DNA of 64,000 bases from Myxococcales bacterium UBA1660 (GTDB lineage Bacteria; Myxococcota_A; Polyangia; Polyangiales; Houyiibacteriaceae): the NCBI GenBank assembly GCA_002320815.1, contig DCLA01000010.1, positions 95,991-159,990 of the forward strand, given 5' to 3'. Position 1 is the first letter of the stretch, and every line of letters begins with the position of its first letter. A model generated the notes under the pieces. It was not told where the DNA came from and ran no database searches. It saw nothing but the letters and a program-made list of their open reading frames with translations. Both the position numbers and the translations under genes were made by a program. Positions 28,517 through 38,508 of this stretch are shown one piece after another.

Positions 28517-29122
28517 ATGCTCCGACCCGTGCTCCGCCCCATGTTCCGACCCGCCGCCGCCCTCGTCCTCGCTTCGCTCGCCGCGTGCGGACCGAGCCCG
28601 ACGCCGGTGACGCCGGCGGAGCTGCCCGCCGAGGACCAAGCGCTCCTGCGCTGTCAGCTCGTGGGGACCTGGCGCCTGGCCGGGGTCGGCTCCCAGCCCC
28701 AGGGCATGACCGCGGCGCGCTGGACCCTGCGCGCCGACGGGAGCGGCGAGTACGAGGAGCCCGAAGCCAGCGAGCGCGGGTCCGGGGTCGCCGGGGCGAC
28801 CACGACGCCGCTCCGGTGGAGCCTGACCGGGCGGAACCTGAACCTCCGCGACGACCAGAGCACGACCACCTTCCGCGTGGACGACTTCGACGCCGACGCG
28901 ATGACCTGGTTCCTCTACGACAGCTCCACCCGCTACACCCTCGCGCGGGCGGGCACCGCCGAACCCTGTCCGCCGCCGCCGCCGCAGCCGGCGCCGGAGC
29001 CGGAGCAGCAGCCCGACGCCGCCAGCGAGCGGGCGGAGGACGACGGCGACGCCGAAGCTCCGGCGGACGCCGATCCGTCTCCCGCCGCCGCCGCCGCCGC
29101 CGCCGAAGGCGATGACGGCTAG
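28517..29122 (+). CDS. Lipoprotein, unknown function, with Pro/Ala/Asp-rich tail
   Basis: 'RPAAALVLASLAACGPSP' is a lipobox signal. 'LVGTWRLAG...RWTLRADGSGEY' suggests a lipocalin-like beta core. The start could be the internal ATG at about 28541. Confidence 0.65.
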   Translation: MLRPVLRPMFRPAAALVLASLAACGPSPTPVTPAELPAEDQALLRCQLVGTWRLAGVGSQPQGMTAARWTLRADGSGEYEEPEASERGSGVAGATTTPLRWSLTGRNLNLRDDQSTTTFRVDDFDADAMTWFLYDSSTRYTLARAGTAEPCPPPPPQPAPEPEQQPDAASERAEDDGDAEAPADADPSPAAAAAAAEGDDG

Positions 29123-29146
29123 GTCCCGCTCGGCTAGCGTGCAGCC

Positions 29147-29896
29147 ATGGCGGACCTGCTGCGCTCCACGCTCCTGACCGAGGCGGGCTTCGCCCACGGC
29201 TTCTCCCTCCGCACCGGCGGCGTCAGCGAGGGGCCCTTCGCCAGCCTGAACCTCGGGCGCGGTCTGGGGGATCCCACCGCGGCCGTGGAGACCAACCATC
29301 GCCGCTTCGCCGAGGCCGTGGGCTACGTGCCCGGCTCCCTCTTCGAGCTGAGCCAGGTCCACGGGCGCCGAGTCCGCGAGGCCGAGCCCGGCGAGGACCC
29401 GGCGCTCGTTCGCCAGGAGGAAGGCGACGGTCTCTTCGCCCGCCGCGCGGGGCTCGCGGTGGGGATCCGGGTCGCCGACTGTATGCCGGTGCTCCTCGCG
29501 CATCCGCGCAGCGGAGACGTCGCGGCGGTCCACGCCGGCTGGCGCGGCGTAGAGCAGCGCATCGTCACCGCGGCCGTCGAGGCCCTGGGTCACCCGCCCG
29601 CCGAGCTCCTGGTGGCGATCGGACCCCACATCCGCCAGGCGCGCTTCGAGGTGGGGGAGGAGGTGGCCGAGCGCCTCGCCGCGGTGGCCGGGGACGGGCC
29701 CCAGGTCGTCGATCGGAGCGGCGCCAAGCCCCACGTGGACCTCACGACGATCGTCCGGCGCGAGCTCGCGGGGGCCGGGGTGACCCAGGTCGACGACGTG
29801 GGCGGGTGCACCCACGCCGACCCGGCGCGCTTCTTCTCCTACCGTCGCGAAGGCACCACCGGGCGCCACCTGGCGGCCATCGTCGCCCGCGGCTGA
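29147..29896 (+). CDS. pgeF: Peptidoglycan editing factor / YfiH (DUF152, Cu-oxidase_4) family
   Basis: 'GFAHGFSLRTGGVSEGPFASLNLG', 'QVHG', 'VADCMPVLL' and 'AVHAGWRG' are the conserved His/Cys/His landmarks. Confidence 0.88.
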   Translation: MADLLRSTLLTEAGFAHGFSLRTGGVSEGPFASLNLGRGLGDPTAAVETNHRRFAEAVGYVPGSLFELSQVHGRRVREAEPGEDPALVRQEEGDGLFARRAGLAVGIRVADCMPVLLAHPRSGDVAAVHAGWRGVEQRIVTAAVEALGHPPAELLVAIGPHIRQARFEVGEEVAERLAAVAGDGPQVVDRSGAKPHVDLTTIVRRELAGAGVTQVDDVGGCTHADPARFFSYRREGTTGRHLAAIVARG

Positions 29897-29978
29897 GCCG
29901 GGGTCGCCGCCCGGCGCCCCGAGAAAAAGGCCACCTGGCCGCTACCGTGGGGTGGGGGTCCCGTGTTAAGCCCCGGCC

Positions 29979-30818
<840 letters not shown>

Positions 30819-30825
30819 GCGCGCC

Positions 30826-32133
30826 ATGGCGAGCTACGAGGAAGCCCTCCGCTGGCTCTACGGGCTCAGCGCCCGCGGCGTTCGCCTCGAGCTGGACCGG
30901 ATGGGCGGCGCGGTGGCCCACCGCGGTCACCCGGAGCGGGACGTGCCCGTGGTCCACGTGGCCGGCACCAACGGCAAGGGCAGCGTCTGCGCGCTGATCG
31001 AGCGGGCGCTCCGCGAGGCCGGCTACCGCACCGGGCACTTCGCGTCGCCGCATCTGCACCAGTTCACCGAGCGGGTGCGCATCGACGGCGAGCCCCTGAG
31101 CGAGGCCGAGGTCGCCGAGCGCCTCCGGGAGCTGCGCTCGGCGCTGCCCTCCATGCCGCCGCTGACCTTCTTCGAGATCGCCACGCTGATGGCCTTCGAG
31201 ACGTTCCGGGATCGCGCCTGCGACGTCGCGGTGCTCGAGGTGGGCCTCGGCGGCCGACTCGACGCCACCAACGTGGCCCACGACCGACGGGTCAGCGTGA
31301 TCACCCGGATCGCCAGGGACCACACCCGGATCCTGGGCGACACCCTGGGCGCCATCGCGGTGGAGAAGGGCGGCATCCTCCGGCCCGGGGTCCCCGCCGT
31401 GCTCGGCGTGCGCGAGCCGGAGGCGCGGGCCGCGCTGGAGCCCCTGGTGGAGGCGACCGGCGTGCCCGGATGGTGGATCGGGGAGGACTTCGACGGGCGC
31501 TCCCTGGACGAAGGCACCCCCGCGCTCGACGCGCCCCATCGGGTATCGCTCCGGATCGGCGCCGAGACTCACGAGACCGCGCTGGGCCTCGCCGGGGCCC
31601 ACCAGGCGACCAACGCGGCCATCGCCCGGGCGGCCTTGGTGCGGCTCCGGGACCGGGGCTTCGCGGTCGACGACGCCACCATCGACCGGGCCTTCGCCGC
31701 GGCCCGCTGGCCGGGGCGGCTGGAGGTCTTCGCCGACGAAGGCCGGACGGTGGTCGTCGACTGCGCCCACAACCCCGACGGCTGCGAGGCCCTGGCGGCC
31801 TTCCTCCGCTCCCGTCGGGTCCCCGGGCCGGCGGTGCTCCTCTTCGGCGCCATGACCGACAAGGCCCACGAGGGGATGCTGGCGCCCCTGGACGGGCTGG
31901 TGGACCACCGGGTCTACGCCATCCCGCCCATGCCCCGCGCGCCGGAGGACCTCGCGGTCTTCACCGCGGTGCGGCCCGGGGAGATCGCCCCCACCGTCGA
32001 GGCGGGCCTCGCGCGGGCGAGCGAGCTCGCGGGCGAGGGGGGCACGCTGATCGTCGCCGGCTCCATCTTCCTGGTGCAGGAGGTCCGCGCCCGCCTGCTC
32101 GGGGTCCCCAGCGATCCCCCCATCGCGATGTGA
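30826..32133 (+). CDS. folC: Folylpolyglutamate synthase/dihydrofolate synthase
   Basis: 'VVHVAGTNGKGSVCA' P-loop, Mur-ligase collinearity, and the conserved accD-folC arrangement. Confidence 0.9.
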   Translation: MASYEEALRWLYGLSARGVRLELDRMGGAVAHRGHPERDVPVVHVAGTNGKGSVCALIERALREAGYRTGHFASPHLHQFTERVRIDGEPLSEAEVAERLRELRSALPSMPPLTFFEIATLMAFETFRDRACDVAVLEVGLGGRLDATNVAHDRRVSVITRIARDHTRILGDTLGAIAVEKGGILRPGVPAVLGVREPEARAALEPLVEATGVPGWWIGEDFDGRSLDEGTPALDAPHRVSLRIGAETHETALGLAGAHQATNAAIARAALVRLRDRGFAVDDATIDRAFAAARWPGRLEVFADEGRTVVVDCAHNPDGCEALAAFLRSRRVPGPAVLLFGAMTDKAHEGMLAPLDGLVDHRVYAIPPMPRAPEDLAVFTAVRPGEIAPTVEAGLARASELAGEGGTLIVAGSIFLVQEVRARLLGVPSDPPIAM

Positions 32134-32176
32134 AACGGTAGAAACGAGCGCGCCGGGGGGCCATACTCCGCCACCC

Positions 32177-33205
32177 ATGAGCGCCTTCCTCGACGCCTGC
32201 CGCCGCAAGCCCTCCACCCACACGCCCATCTGGCTCATGCGCCAGGCGGGTCGCTACCAGGCCTCCTACCAGGCCATCCGCTCCAAGGTCTCCTTCCTGG
32301 AGCTCTGCAAGACGCCGGACCTCGCCTGCCAGGTCACCGTCGACGCGGTGGAGCAGCTCGGGGTGGACGCGGCGATCATCTTCGCCGACATCCTCTTGGT
32401 CCTCGACCCCCTGGGCATCGACTTCGACTTCGAGAAGGGCCACGGCCCCAAGATCTACAACCCGGTCCGGGACGCGAAGGCCATCGACGCCATGCCCGAG
32501 ACCATCGATGCCGAGGCCTCCCTGGGCTACGTGATGGAGGCCATCCGGCTGGTGCGGCGGGCCATCGACGTGCCGCTCATCGGATTCTCCGCGGCGCCCT
32601 TCACGCTGGCGGCCTACGCCATCGAGGGCGGCGGCTCCAAGAGCTACTACGAGACCAAGCAGCTCATGTACGGCGACGAGGGGGCCTGGAAGGTCCTCAT
32701 GACCAAGGTCGCCGACGCGCTCGCCCTCTATCTGCGCGCCCAGGTGGACGCCGGCGCCCAGGCGCTGCAGCTCTTCGACAGCTGGGTGGGCATCCTCTCG
32801 CCCGCCGACTACGAGCGCTACGTGGCGCCCTACACCAAGCGCATCTTCGACGCGCTGAGCGACGTGGACGTGCCGACGCTCCACTTCGGCACCGGCAACC
32901 CCGAGCTCCTCGTGCCCATGCAGGAGGTCGGCGGCGACGTGATCGGCGTGGACTGGCGCATCGACCTCGGCGACGCCTGGGACCGCCTCGGCGGGCCGGA
33001 GGAGACCGCGGTCCAGGGCAACCTGGAGCCGGCGATGTTGCTCGCCCCGGTGGACGTGATGAAGGCCGCCGCCGACGAGGTCCTGAAGAGCGCCGGAGGG
33101 CACCCGGGCCACATCTTCAACCTGGGCCACGGGATCATGCCCACCGCCACCGTCGACCAAGTGCGGGCGCTGGTCGATCACGTACACGAGAAGACCAGCC
33201 GTTGA
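32177..33205 (+). CDS. hemE: Uroporphyrinogen decarboxylase
   Basis: 'TPIWLMRQAGRYQASYQAIR' and 'FDSWVGILS'. Confidence 0.93.
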   Translation: MSAFLDACRRKPSTHTPIWLMRQAGRYQASYQAIRSKVSFLELCKTPDLACQVTVDAVEQLGVDAAIIFADILLVLDPLGIDFDFEKGHGPKIYNPVRDAKAIDAMPETIDAEASLGYVMEAIRLVRRAIDVPLIGFSAAPFTLAAYAIEGGGSKSYYETKQLMYGDEGAWKVLMTKVADALALYLRAQVDAGAQALQLFDSWVGILSPADYERYVAPYTKRIFDALSDVDVPTLHFGTGNPELLVPMQEVGGDVIGVDWRIDLGDAWDRLGGPEETAVQGNLEPAMLLAPVDVMKAAADEVLKSAGGHPGHIFNLGHGIMPTATVDQVRALVDHVHEKTSR

Positions 33206-34560
33206 GCGCAGTGGACCTCCTGGTGGTCGGCGGCGGCGTCGCCGGCCTGGGCGCCGCCTGGCGCGCCGTCGAGCGCGGGGCCTCGGTGGCCCTGCTCGAA
33301 GCCCGGGAGCGGGTCGGCGGCCTCGTGTGGACCGAGCGCACGGACGGCTTCGTCATCGAGCGCGGGCCCGAGTCCTTCCTCACCCGGGATCCGATCCTCC
33401 TCGAGCTCTCCGAGGCCCTCGGCCTCACCGATCGCCTGGTGAAGACCAACGCCCAGGGGGCCTTCGTGGTCCACCGCGGCCGGCTGGAGAAGATCCCCGC
33501 GGGCTTCCAGCTCCTGGCGCCCCTGAACGCCGGCGCCTTCTGGCGCAGTACGCTGGTCAGCCGGCGCGGGAAGCTCCGGGCGCTCTTCGAGCCCTGGCTG
33601 CCCACCCGCCCCCGGGACGACGAGAGCCTGGCCAGCTTCGTGCGCCGCCGCTTCGGCGAGGAGGTCCTCGACCGGCTCGCTCAGCCGCTGGCGTCGGGCA
33701 TCTATGGCGCCGACCCGGCCCGGTTGGGACTTCGCTCCACCTTGCCGCGCTTCCTCGACGCCGAAGCCCAAGGGGGCGTCATCCGCGGTCTCCGGGCCCA
33801 GGCGGGGACCGAGGATCGCGCCGCCGGCGCACGCTACGGGCTCTTCGCGAGCTACGACGGCGGCATGGAGGTGCTCACCGAGGGCTACGCGGCCGCGCTG
33901 GGCGACCGGGTCCGCACCGGCGTCGCCGTGGAGCGGCTGGAGCGCACGGTTGGCGGCTGGGTCGCGCACACCGACGGCGGCCCGGTCGAGGCCCGCACGC
34001 TCCTCCTGGCCACCCCCGCGCCGGTGAGCGCGCGGCTGGTGGAGGACCTCGATCCCACTCTGGCCGCGCACCTGCGGGCCATCCCGCTGGGTTCGGCGGC
34101 CACCGCCACCTTCGCCTACGAGGCCAGCGCGCTGCCGGAGCTCACGACCGCCGGCTTCGTGGTGCCCGCGGTGGAGGGCTCGGCGGTGCTCGCCTGCACC
34201 TTCTCCAGCGCCAAGTGGCCGCACCGCGCGCCCGAGGGCAAGCACCTGGTGCGGGTCTTCCTCGGCGGGCACACCAACCAGGACGTGGTGCACCTGAGCG
34301 ACGAGGCGCTCCTCCGGCTCGCTCGCCGGGGACTGCGCGAGCTCCTCGGCGTCACCGCCTCGCCGCTCTTCGATCGCGTCGACCGGTGGAAGGGCGCCAT
34401 GCCCCGCTACGAGGTCGGCCACCATCGGCGCATCGCGCGGATCGACGCCGCGGTGGCGGCGCTCGGTCCCGTGCGGCTGGCGGGGGTCGCCTACCACGGC
34501 GTGGGGCTCCCGGCGGTCACCCGCTGGGCCCGGGACGCCACCGACACCTTGCTCCAGTAG
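33202..34560 (+). CDS. hemY: FAD-dependent protoporphyrinogen (or coproporphyrinogen III) oxidase, HemY type
   Basis: The start overlaps the hemE stop. The dinucleotide fold is 'LLVVGGGVAGLGAAW'. Also 'FVIERGPESFL' and 'GVAYHGVGLPAV'. Confidence 0.85.
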   Translation: MSAVDLLVVGGGVAGLGAAWRAVERGASVALLEARERVGGLVWTERTDGFVIERGPESFLTRDPILLELSEALGLTDRLVKTNAQGAFVVHRGRLEKIPAGFQLLAPLNAGAFWRSTLVSRRGKLRALFEPWLPTRPRDDESLASFVRRRFGEEVLDRLAQPLASGIYGADPARLGLRSTLPRFLDAEAQGGVIRGLRAQAGTEDRAAGARYGLFASYDGGMEVLTEGYAAALGDRVRTGVAVERLERTVGGWVAHTDGGPVEARTLLLATPAPVSARLVEDLDPTLAAHLRAIPLGSAATATFAYEASALPELTTAGFVVPAVEGSAVLACTFSSAKWPHRAPEGKHLVRVFLGGHTNQDVVHLSDEALLRLARRGLRELLGVTASPLFDRVDRWKGAMPRYEVGHHRRIARIDAAVAALGPVRLAGVAYHGVGLPAVTRWARDATDTLLQ

Positions 34561-34592
34561 CGGTCGCCGCGCCGGTGCGATAGAGGACCCGG

Positions 34593-35042
34593 GTGACCTT
34601 CCGTCGACTGCTCCCGCTCCTCTGGCTCGCGTTCGCCTGCGAAGGTGGCCGCGTCGAGCTGGGAGGCGCCTGCGCCAGCTCCTGGGACTGCGAGGACGGC
34701 GACGTCTGCTTCCGCGTCGGCAGCGAGCCCGCCGACGAGGGCCACTGCATGACCACCTGCGAGGCGGGGACGGTCCTCTGCGAGGACGACACGGTGTGCA
34801 CCGCCAGCGTGGCCGAGCCCGAGGTGAGCGTCTGCTTCCTGGGCGGCGAGCGCGCGATCGGCGAGGGCTGCGAGGCCACCACCCAGTGCGTCGCGGGCGC
34901 CTACTGCGTCGACGTGGGCGACGGCACCCCGGTGTGCCGCGCCGCCTGCGACCGCGGCGCGCCCATCTGCGTCGCCGGGTTCACCTGCGAGCCCCTCGAG
35001 GGCGAGCGGCCCGGCTACTGCGCGCCTCCGGAGACCGAGTGA
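34593..35042 (+). CDS. Secreted Cys-rich protein/lipoprotein
   Basis: GTG start gives 'MTFRRLLPLLWLAFACEGG'. Repeated C-x-x-G-x-x-C modules follow ('GACASSWDCEDGDVCF', 'GEGCEATTQCVAGAYCV'). Confidence 0.7.
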   Translation: MTFRRLLPLLWLAFACEGGRVELGGACASSWDCEDGDVCFRVGSEPADEGHCMTTCEAGTVLCEDDTVCTASVAEPEVSVCFLGGERAIGEGCEATTQCVAGAYCVDVGDGTPVCRAACDRGAPICVAGFTCEPLEGERPGYCAPPETE

Positions 35043-35455
35043 CCTTCCGTACCTCCCTGCCAATCCGCTTCGGCCACGAAGACCACGCGCGGATCGTCTA
35101 CTTCCCGCGGTTCCTGCACTTCTTCCACTGCGCCTTCGAGGACTTCTTCGCCGGCAACGGGATCCCCTACCGGGAGTCGCTGGAGACCGATCAGGTCGGT
35201 TGGCCGGCGGTCCACGTGGACGTCGACTTCCAGAGCCCGCTGCGCTTCGGCGACACCTTCGACGTGGACGTCTGGGTCGCCGAGATGGGCACCAAGAGCG
35301 CGAAGTTCGCCTACCGGGGCCGCTGCGAAGGGCGCGCGGTGGCCACGGCGGAGATCACCGTGGCCTGCATCGCGATGGACACCTTCCAGGCGCAGCCGAT
35401 CCCGCCCAAGTACCGAGCGCTCTTCGAAGCGCACCGCGAACCCCCGACCGATTGA
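35039..35455 (+). CDS. Hotdog-fold acyl-CoA thioesterase (4HBT/YbgC-like)
   Basis: GTG at 35039 overlaps the upstream TGA. 'IRFGHEDHARIVYFPRFLHFFHCAFEDFF' and 'VDVDFQSPLRFGDTFDVDVWV' fit the 4HBT pattern. Confidence 0.75.
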   Translation: MTFRTSLPIRFGHEDHARIVYFPRFLHFFHCAFEDFFAGNGIPYRESLETDQVGWPAVHVDVDFQSPLRFGDTFDVDVWVAEMGTKSAKFAYRGRCEGRAVATAEITVACIAMDTFQAQPIPPKYRALFEAHREPPTD

Positions 35456-35492
35456 GTCGAGGGCCGCGGGCCTCGGCGGCTCGGCCCTGCGT

Positions 35493-36173
35493 TCAGCGGG
35501 GGAGCAGCTTGCCGATGGACGGCATGATCACGTGACGGCGCAGGTTGCGCGCGGCGCCGCGGAAGCCGGCGGGGAGGGCGCGGAACCCGATCTCCAGGTG
35601 CTCGTCGTCGGACTCGATGTCCCGGAGGGTGACCAGCGAGGTCAGCACGGCCACCAGCGAGCGCACCATCGGGTTCTGGCCGATGCGCGGGTCGCGCATG
35701 AGGTCCAGGGTGATGCGGTTGTCCTTGGCCTCGGCGATCACGGGGCTCTTGTTGGGCATGAAGCCCACCAGGCTGCCGGGGTTGGACAGGTCGAGGGCGC
35801 CCGACTTGATCAACGCGGCGACCGGGGTCTGCGCGTCGCCGTTGAGCTTGAGCATGACCTCCTCGAGCCGGAGCACGAGGGTCATCTCGTCGTCGTCGAA
35901 GACGATGCGGTCGATGTAGACGATGGCGCCCGCCCGGATGGGCGTGCCCATGAGGTCCACCGAGGCGGAGACGCGCACGCCGGGCGGCACGGCGTCGACC
36001 TTGAGGTCCTCCACCTTGCCGGCCTTCTCGGCCTGCTTGCCGAACCAGCGAAGCGCGGCCAGCGGGACCCCGAGCCGCAGGCCGAAGGCGTTGCGGATGG
36101 CGCGCGTGATCTCGCTCGGGTTCTCTCGAATGTAGCCGCGTGCGGCTTCGACTGCGGACTGAGCCATGGACAT
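35493..36173 (-). CDS. Hypothetical protein (226 aa)
   Basis: ATG at 36173 begins 'MSMAQSAVEAARGYIRENPSEITRAIRNAFGLRLGVPLAALRWFGKQ...'. Composition is balanced and GC3 is good. The remainder of the 538-aa track ORF is an artefact. Confidence 0.6.
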   Translation of the reverse strand: MSMAQSAVEAARGYIRENPSEITRAIRNAFGLRLGVPLAALRWFGKQAEKAGKVEDLKVDAVPPGVRVSASVDLMGTPIRAGAIVYIDRIVFDDDEMTLVLRLEEVMLKLNGDAQTPVAALIKSGALDLSNPGSLVGFMPNKSPVIAEAKDNRITLDLMRDPRIGQNPMVRSLVAVLTSLVTLRDIESDDEHLEIGFRALPAGFRGAARNLRRHVIMPSIGKLLPR

Positions 36174-36280
36174 CGTGGGCGGAGCATACCTAGGGCGCCC
36201 CGCCCGTGCAGCGGGTTTTTCCGAGAGATTTCGACGCAGTGCGTCACCCGGCGCGTCATGGCGCCCGCGCCGGGCTCCCG

Positions 36281-37393
36281 TCAGATGAGGGGGCCGGGGC
36301 AGCCGAAGTCGACGTCGACCTGGGTCACCGCCCCGGACTGCACCGCGGCGCACTCGTCGCCGTAGAAGGTCACGGTGTTGGTGGTCGGGTCGTAGTCCCA
36401 GCCGCTGGTGTGGGATTCGTTGCGGGGGATCAGCGGGCCCCCGTCGAAGCTCACCTGGAAGAGCCGCGGGTCCCGGGTCGCGCCCTCGAGCTGGATGGTG
36501 CAGCTCGCGGGGATGATCTCGGCGGCGATGGCGTCCAGGGCGCGGTCGAGCTCGGCCGCGGAGCGCGCGCTGTAGGGCGTTCCGGTGCCGCCGGCGGTGG
36601 CCATCCGGTTCAGGTCGCCGGCGGTGATCCCGTCGCCGAAGCCGAGCACGTAGGTCTGGATCCCCGCGGCGCGGAGGGCCTCGATGGCCGCCACCGTCTC
36701 GTCGACGGTCTCCTCGGTGCCGCCGTCGGGGAGGGCGGGGCCACAGTTGGGCTGGCCGTCGGTGGCCAGGAGCACGTAGCGGCCCACCGGGTTCTCGGCG
36801 ACGCCGGCGTAGTAGGAGCGCGCGGCGTCCAGGCTGGTGTGGGTCGGCGTGGCCCCGGTGTTGCGGGTCGCGCAGCCGAAGAAGTCGTCCACGATGCCGC
36901 CCAGGGTGCTCATGATCGCCGCGCCGTTGCGAGGCATGATCGGGTTGCTCACCTGCCCCGGCGCGCACTCGCCGCTCGAGTGCGGGAAGAGCATCATCCC
37001 GAAGTTGATGCGCGCGTCCTTGCTCGCGACCAGGTCGTTCAGCGCCGCCTTCATGATCTGCATCTTGGTCACCATCGACGGCGGGAAGCTGTCGATGAGC
37101 GGGGTGCACATGGACCCCGAGATGTCGACGGTCAGGAGCATGTCGGGCGGGTCCCCGACGATCTCGTTCATGATCGGCTCGGTGGTGTCGCAGCCCCCGT
37201 CCACCGGGGTCCCGAAGTCCTGGGGCGGCCCGAGATCGGTCCCGAGGCGCGGCCCGAGGTCGTCCGCGCCGCCGCCGCCGCCATCGGTGGTGCCGGGTCC
37301 CGAGTCGCTCGCCGGGCGCGAGGTCGTGCGACCGCCGCTGCCCGGATCACAGGCGAGCAGCGCGGCGAGGAAGAGAACGGTGAAGCGAGCCAT
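36281..37393 (-). CDS. von Willebrand factor A domain lipoprotein
   Basis: ATG at 37393 gives 'MARFTVLFLAALLACD' (lipobox). The MIDAS motif is 'LLTVDISGSM'. Also 'LLATDGQPNC'. A Cys-containing C-terminal beta domain follows. Confidence 0.82.
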   Translation of the reverse strand: MARFTVLFLAALLACDPGSGGRTTSRPASDSGPGTTDGGGGGADDLGPRLGTDLGPPQDFGTPVDGGCDTTEPIMNEIVGDPPDMLLTVDISGSMCTPLIDSFPPSMVTKMQIMKAALNDLVASKDARINFGMMLFPHSSGECAPGQVSNPIMPRNGAAIMSTLGGIVDDFFGCATRNTGATPTHTSLDAARSYYAGVAENPVGRYVLLATDGQPNCGPALPDGGTEETVDETVAAIEALRAAGIQTYVLGFGDGITAGDLNRMATAGGTGTPYSARSAAELDRALDAIAAEIIPASCTIQLEGATRDPRLFQVSFDGGPLIPRNESHTSGWDYDPTTNTVTFYGDECAAVQSGAVTQVDVDFGCPGPLI

Positions 37394-37478
37394 CGAAGCC
37401 AAGTCTCCAGTCACCTCCACACCCCCGGGAGGCGGCGCCATCATAGACGCCCTCGGCTTTCAGTGGCTGCGGGCTGGC

Positions 37479-38313
37479 TCAGAAGCGGCCGATGACGACG
37501 GTACAGTTGTCGTCGCCGCCGGCGTCGTTGGCGAGCTGGATGAGCTCCTGACAGAGCTCCTGCGGGGCGCGGCCCTGGCGGAGCTCGGCCAGCTTGGCGG
37601 CGATGACCTCTTCCGAGACCTGACCGCTGAGGCCGTCGCTGCACATCATGAGGATGTCGCCGGGCTCGAGCTCGGCGGCGGTCAGATCGACGCTCACGTC
37701 GGCGTCGCCGCCGCCGATGGCGTTGGTCAGGATGTGTCCGAAGCGCGGGTGGGTGTCCGGGAAGCCCCGCTCCTTGAGGGCCTCGGCCATCGTGTGATCC
37801 CGGGTGAGGCGCTGGAGGGTGTCGCCGCGCATCAGGTAGCCGCGGCTGTCGCCGACGTGGACCATGTAGAGCGCGGGCCAGACCACGTAGGCCACCGTGA
37901 GCGTGGTGCCCACCGACTCGCCGAGGCCCTTGCGGGCGGCCACCTTCCGCAGGTGGTTCTGGGCGTCGACGACGGCGTCGCGGAGCCCCTGGGAGAAGCT
38001 CTCCAGGACCTCCTGGGAGGGCCGGGTGTTGTTCGGCAGCCAGGGGAGGATCGAGAGCGCGTGGTAGGCGAGGGCGTCGATAGCCACCGCGCTGGCCAGC
38101 TCGCTGCGGGAGTGGCTGCCGATGCCGTCGGCGACCGCGAGGAGGTAGTTCCGTTCCCGGCTGACCACCGAGGACCCGTCGGGGACCTCGAAGCTGGAGC
38201 CCACGATGCGCAGGGTGCGGTCGAGCTCGGTCACCAAGTACTGGTCCTGGTTTCGCTCACGCTGCAGGCCGATGTCGGTCTGCCCGGCGATGACCGGCTC
38301 GGGCGCGTCCATC
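37479..38313 (-). CDS. PP2C-family Ser/Thr phosphatase
   Basis: 'GQTDIGLQRERNQDQY', 'AVADGIGSH', 'MMCSDGLS' and 'AGGDDNCTVVIGRF'. The start is taken at ATG 38313; a GTG at about 38408 would add a Pro/Thr-rich N-terminal extension. Confidence 0.85.
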
Positions 38314-38508
38314 TCGGTGGTACCCGAGTGTTCGCGGAGGGTCCGCAGGGTCGGGTCGGAGAAGCCGTCCCGCGGGGGCGGGGTGGGAGTCGGGCGGTCG
38401 TCGGTCACGGCGCGCCAAGGATGCAACAGGCCGCCCGTGGTTGACCAGCGTCCATCGACGGGTATTCGCGGGCGCGGCCGGGCCCGACAAGGGCTATGCT
38501 GCCGTCCG

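Noticed and set aside
36281-38313. Adjacent vWA and PP2C phosphatase genes, reminiscent of the TerY-P (vWA/PP2C/Ser-Thr kinase) defence triad.
   Set aside because: No kinase is adjacent; the nearest is 20 kb away and in a different operon. The vWA protein is an exported lipoprotein (lipobox signal), unlike cytoplasmic TerY. The region has native high-GC composition.
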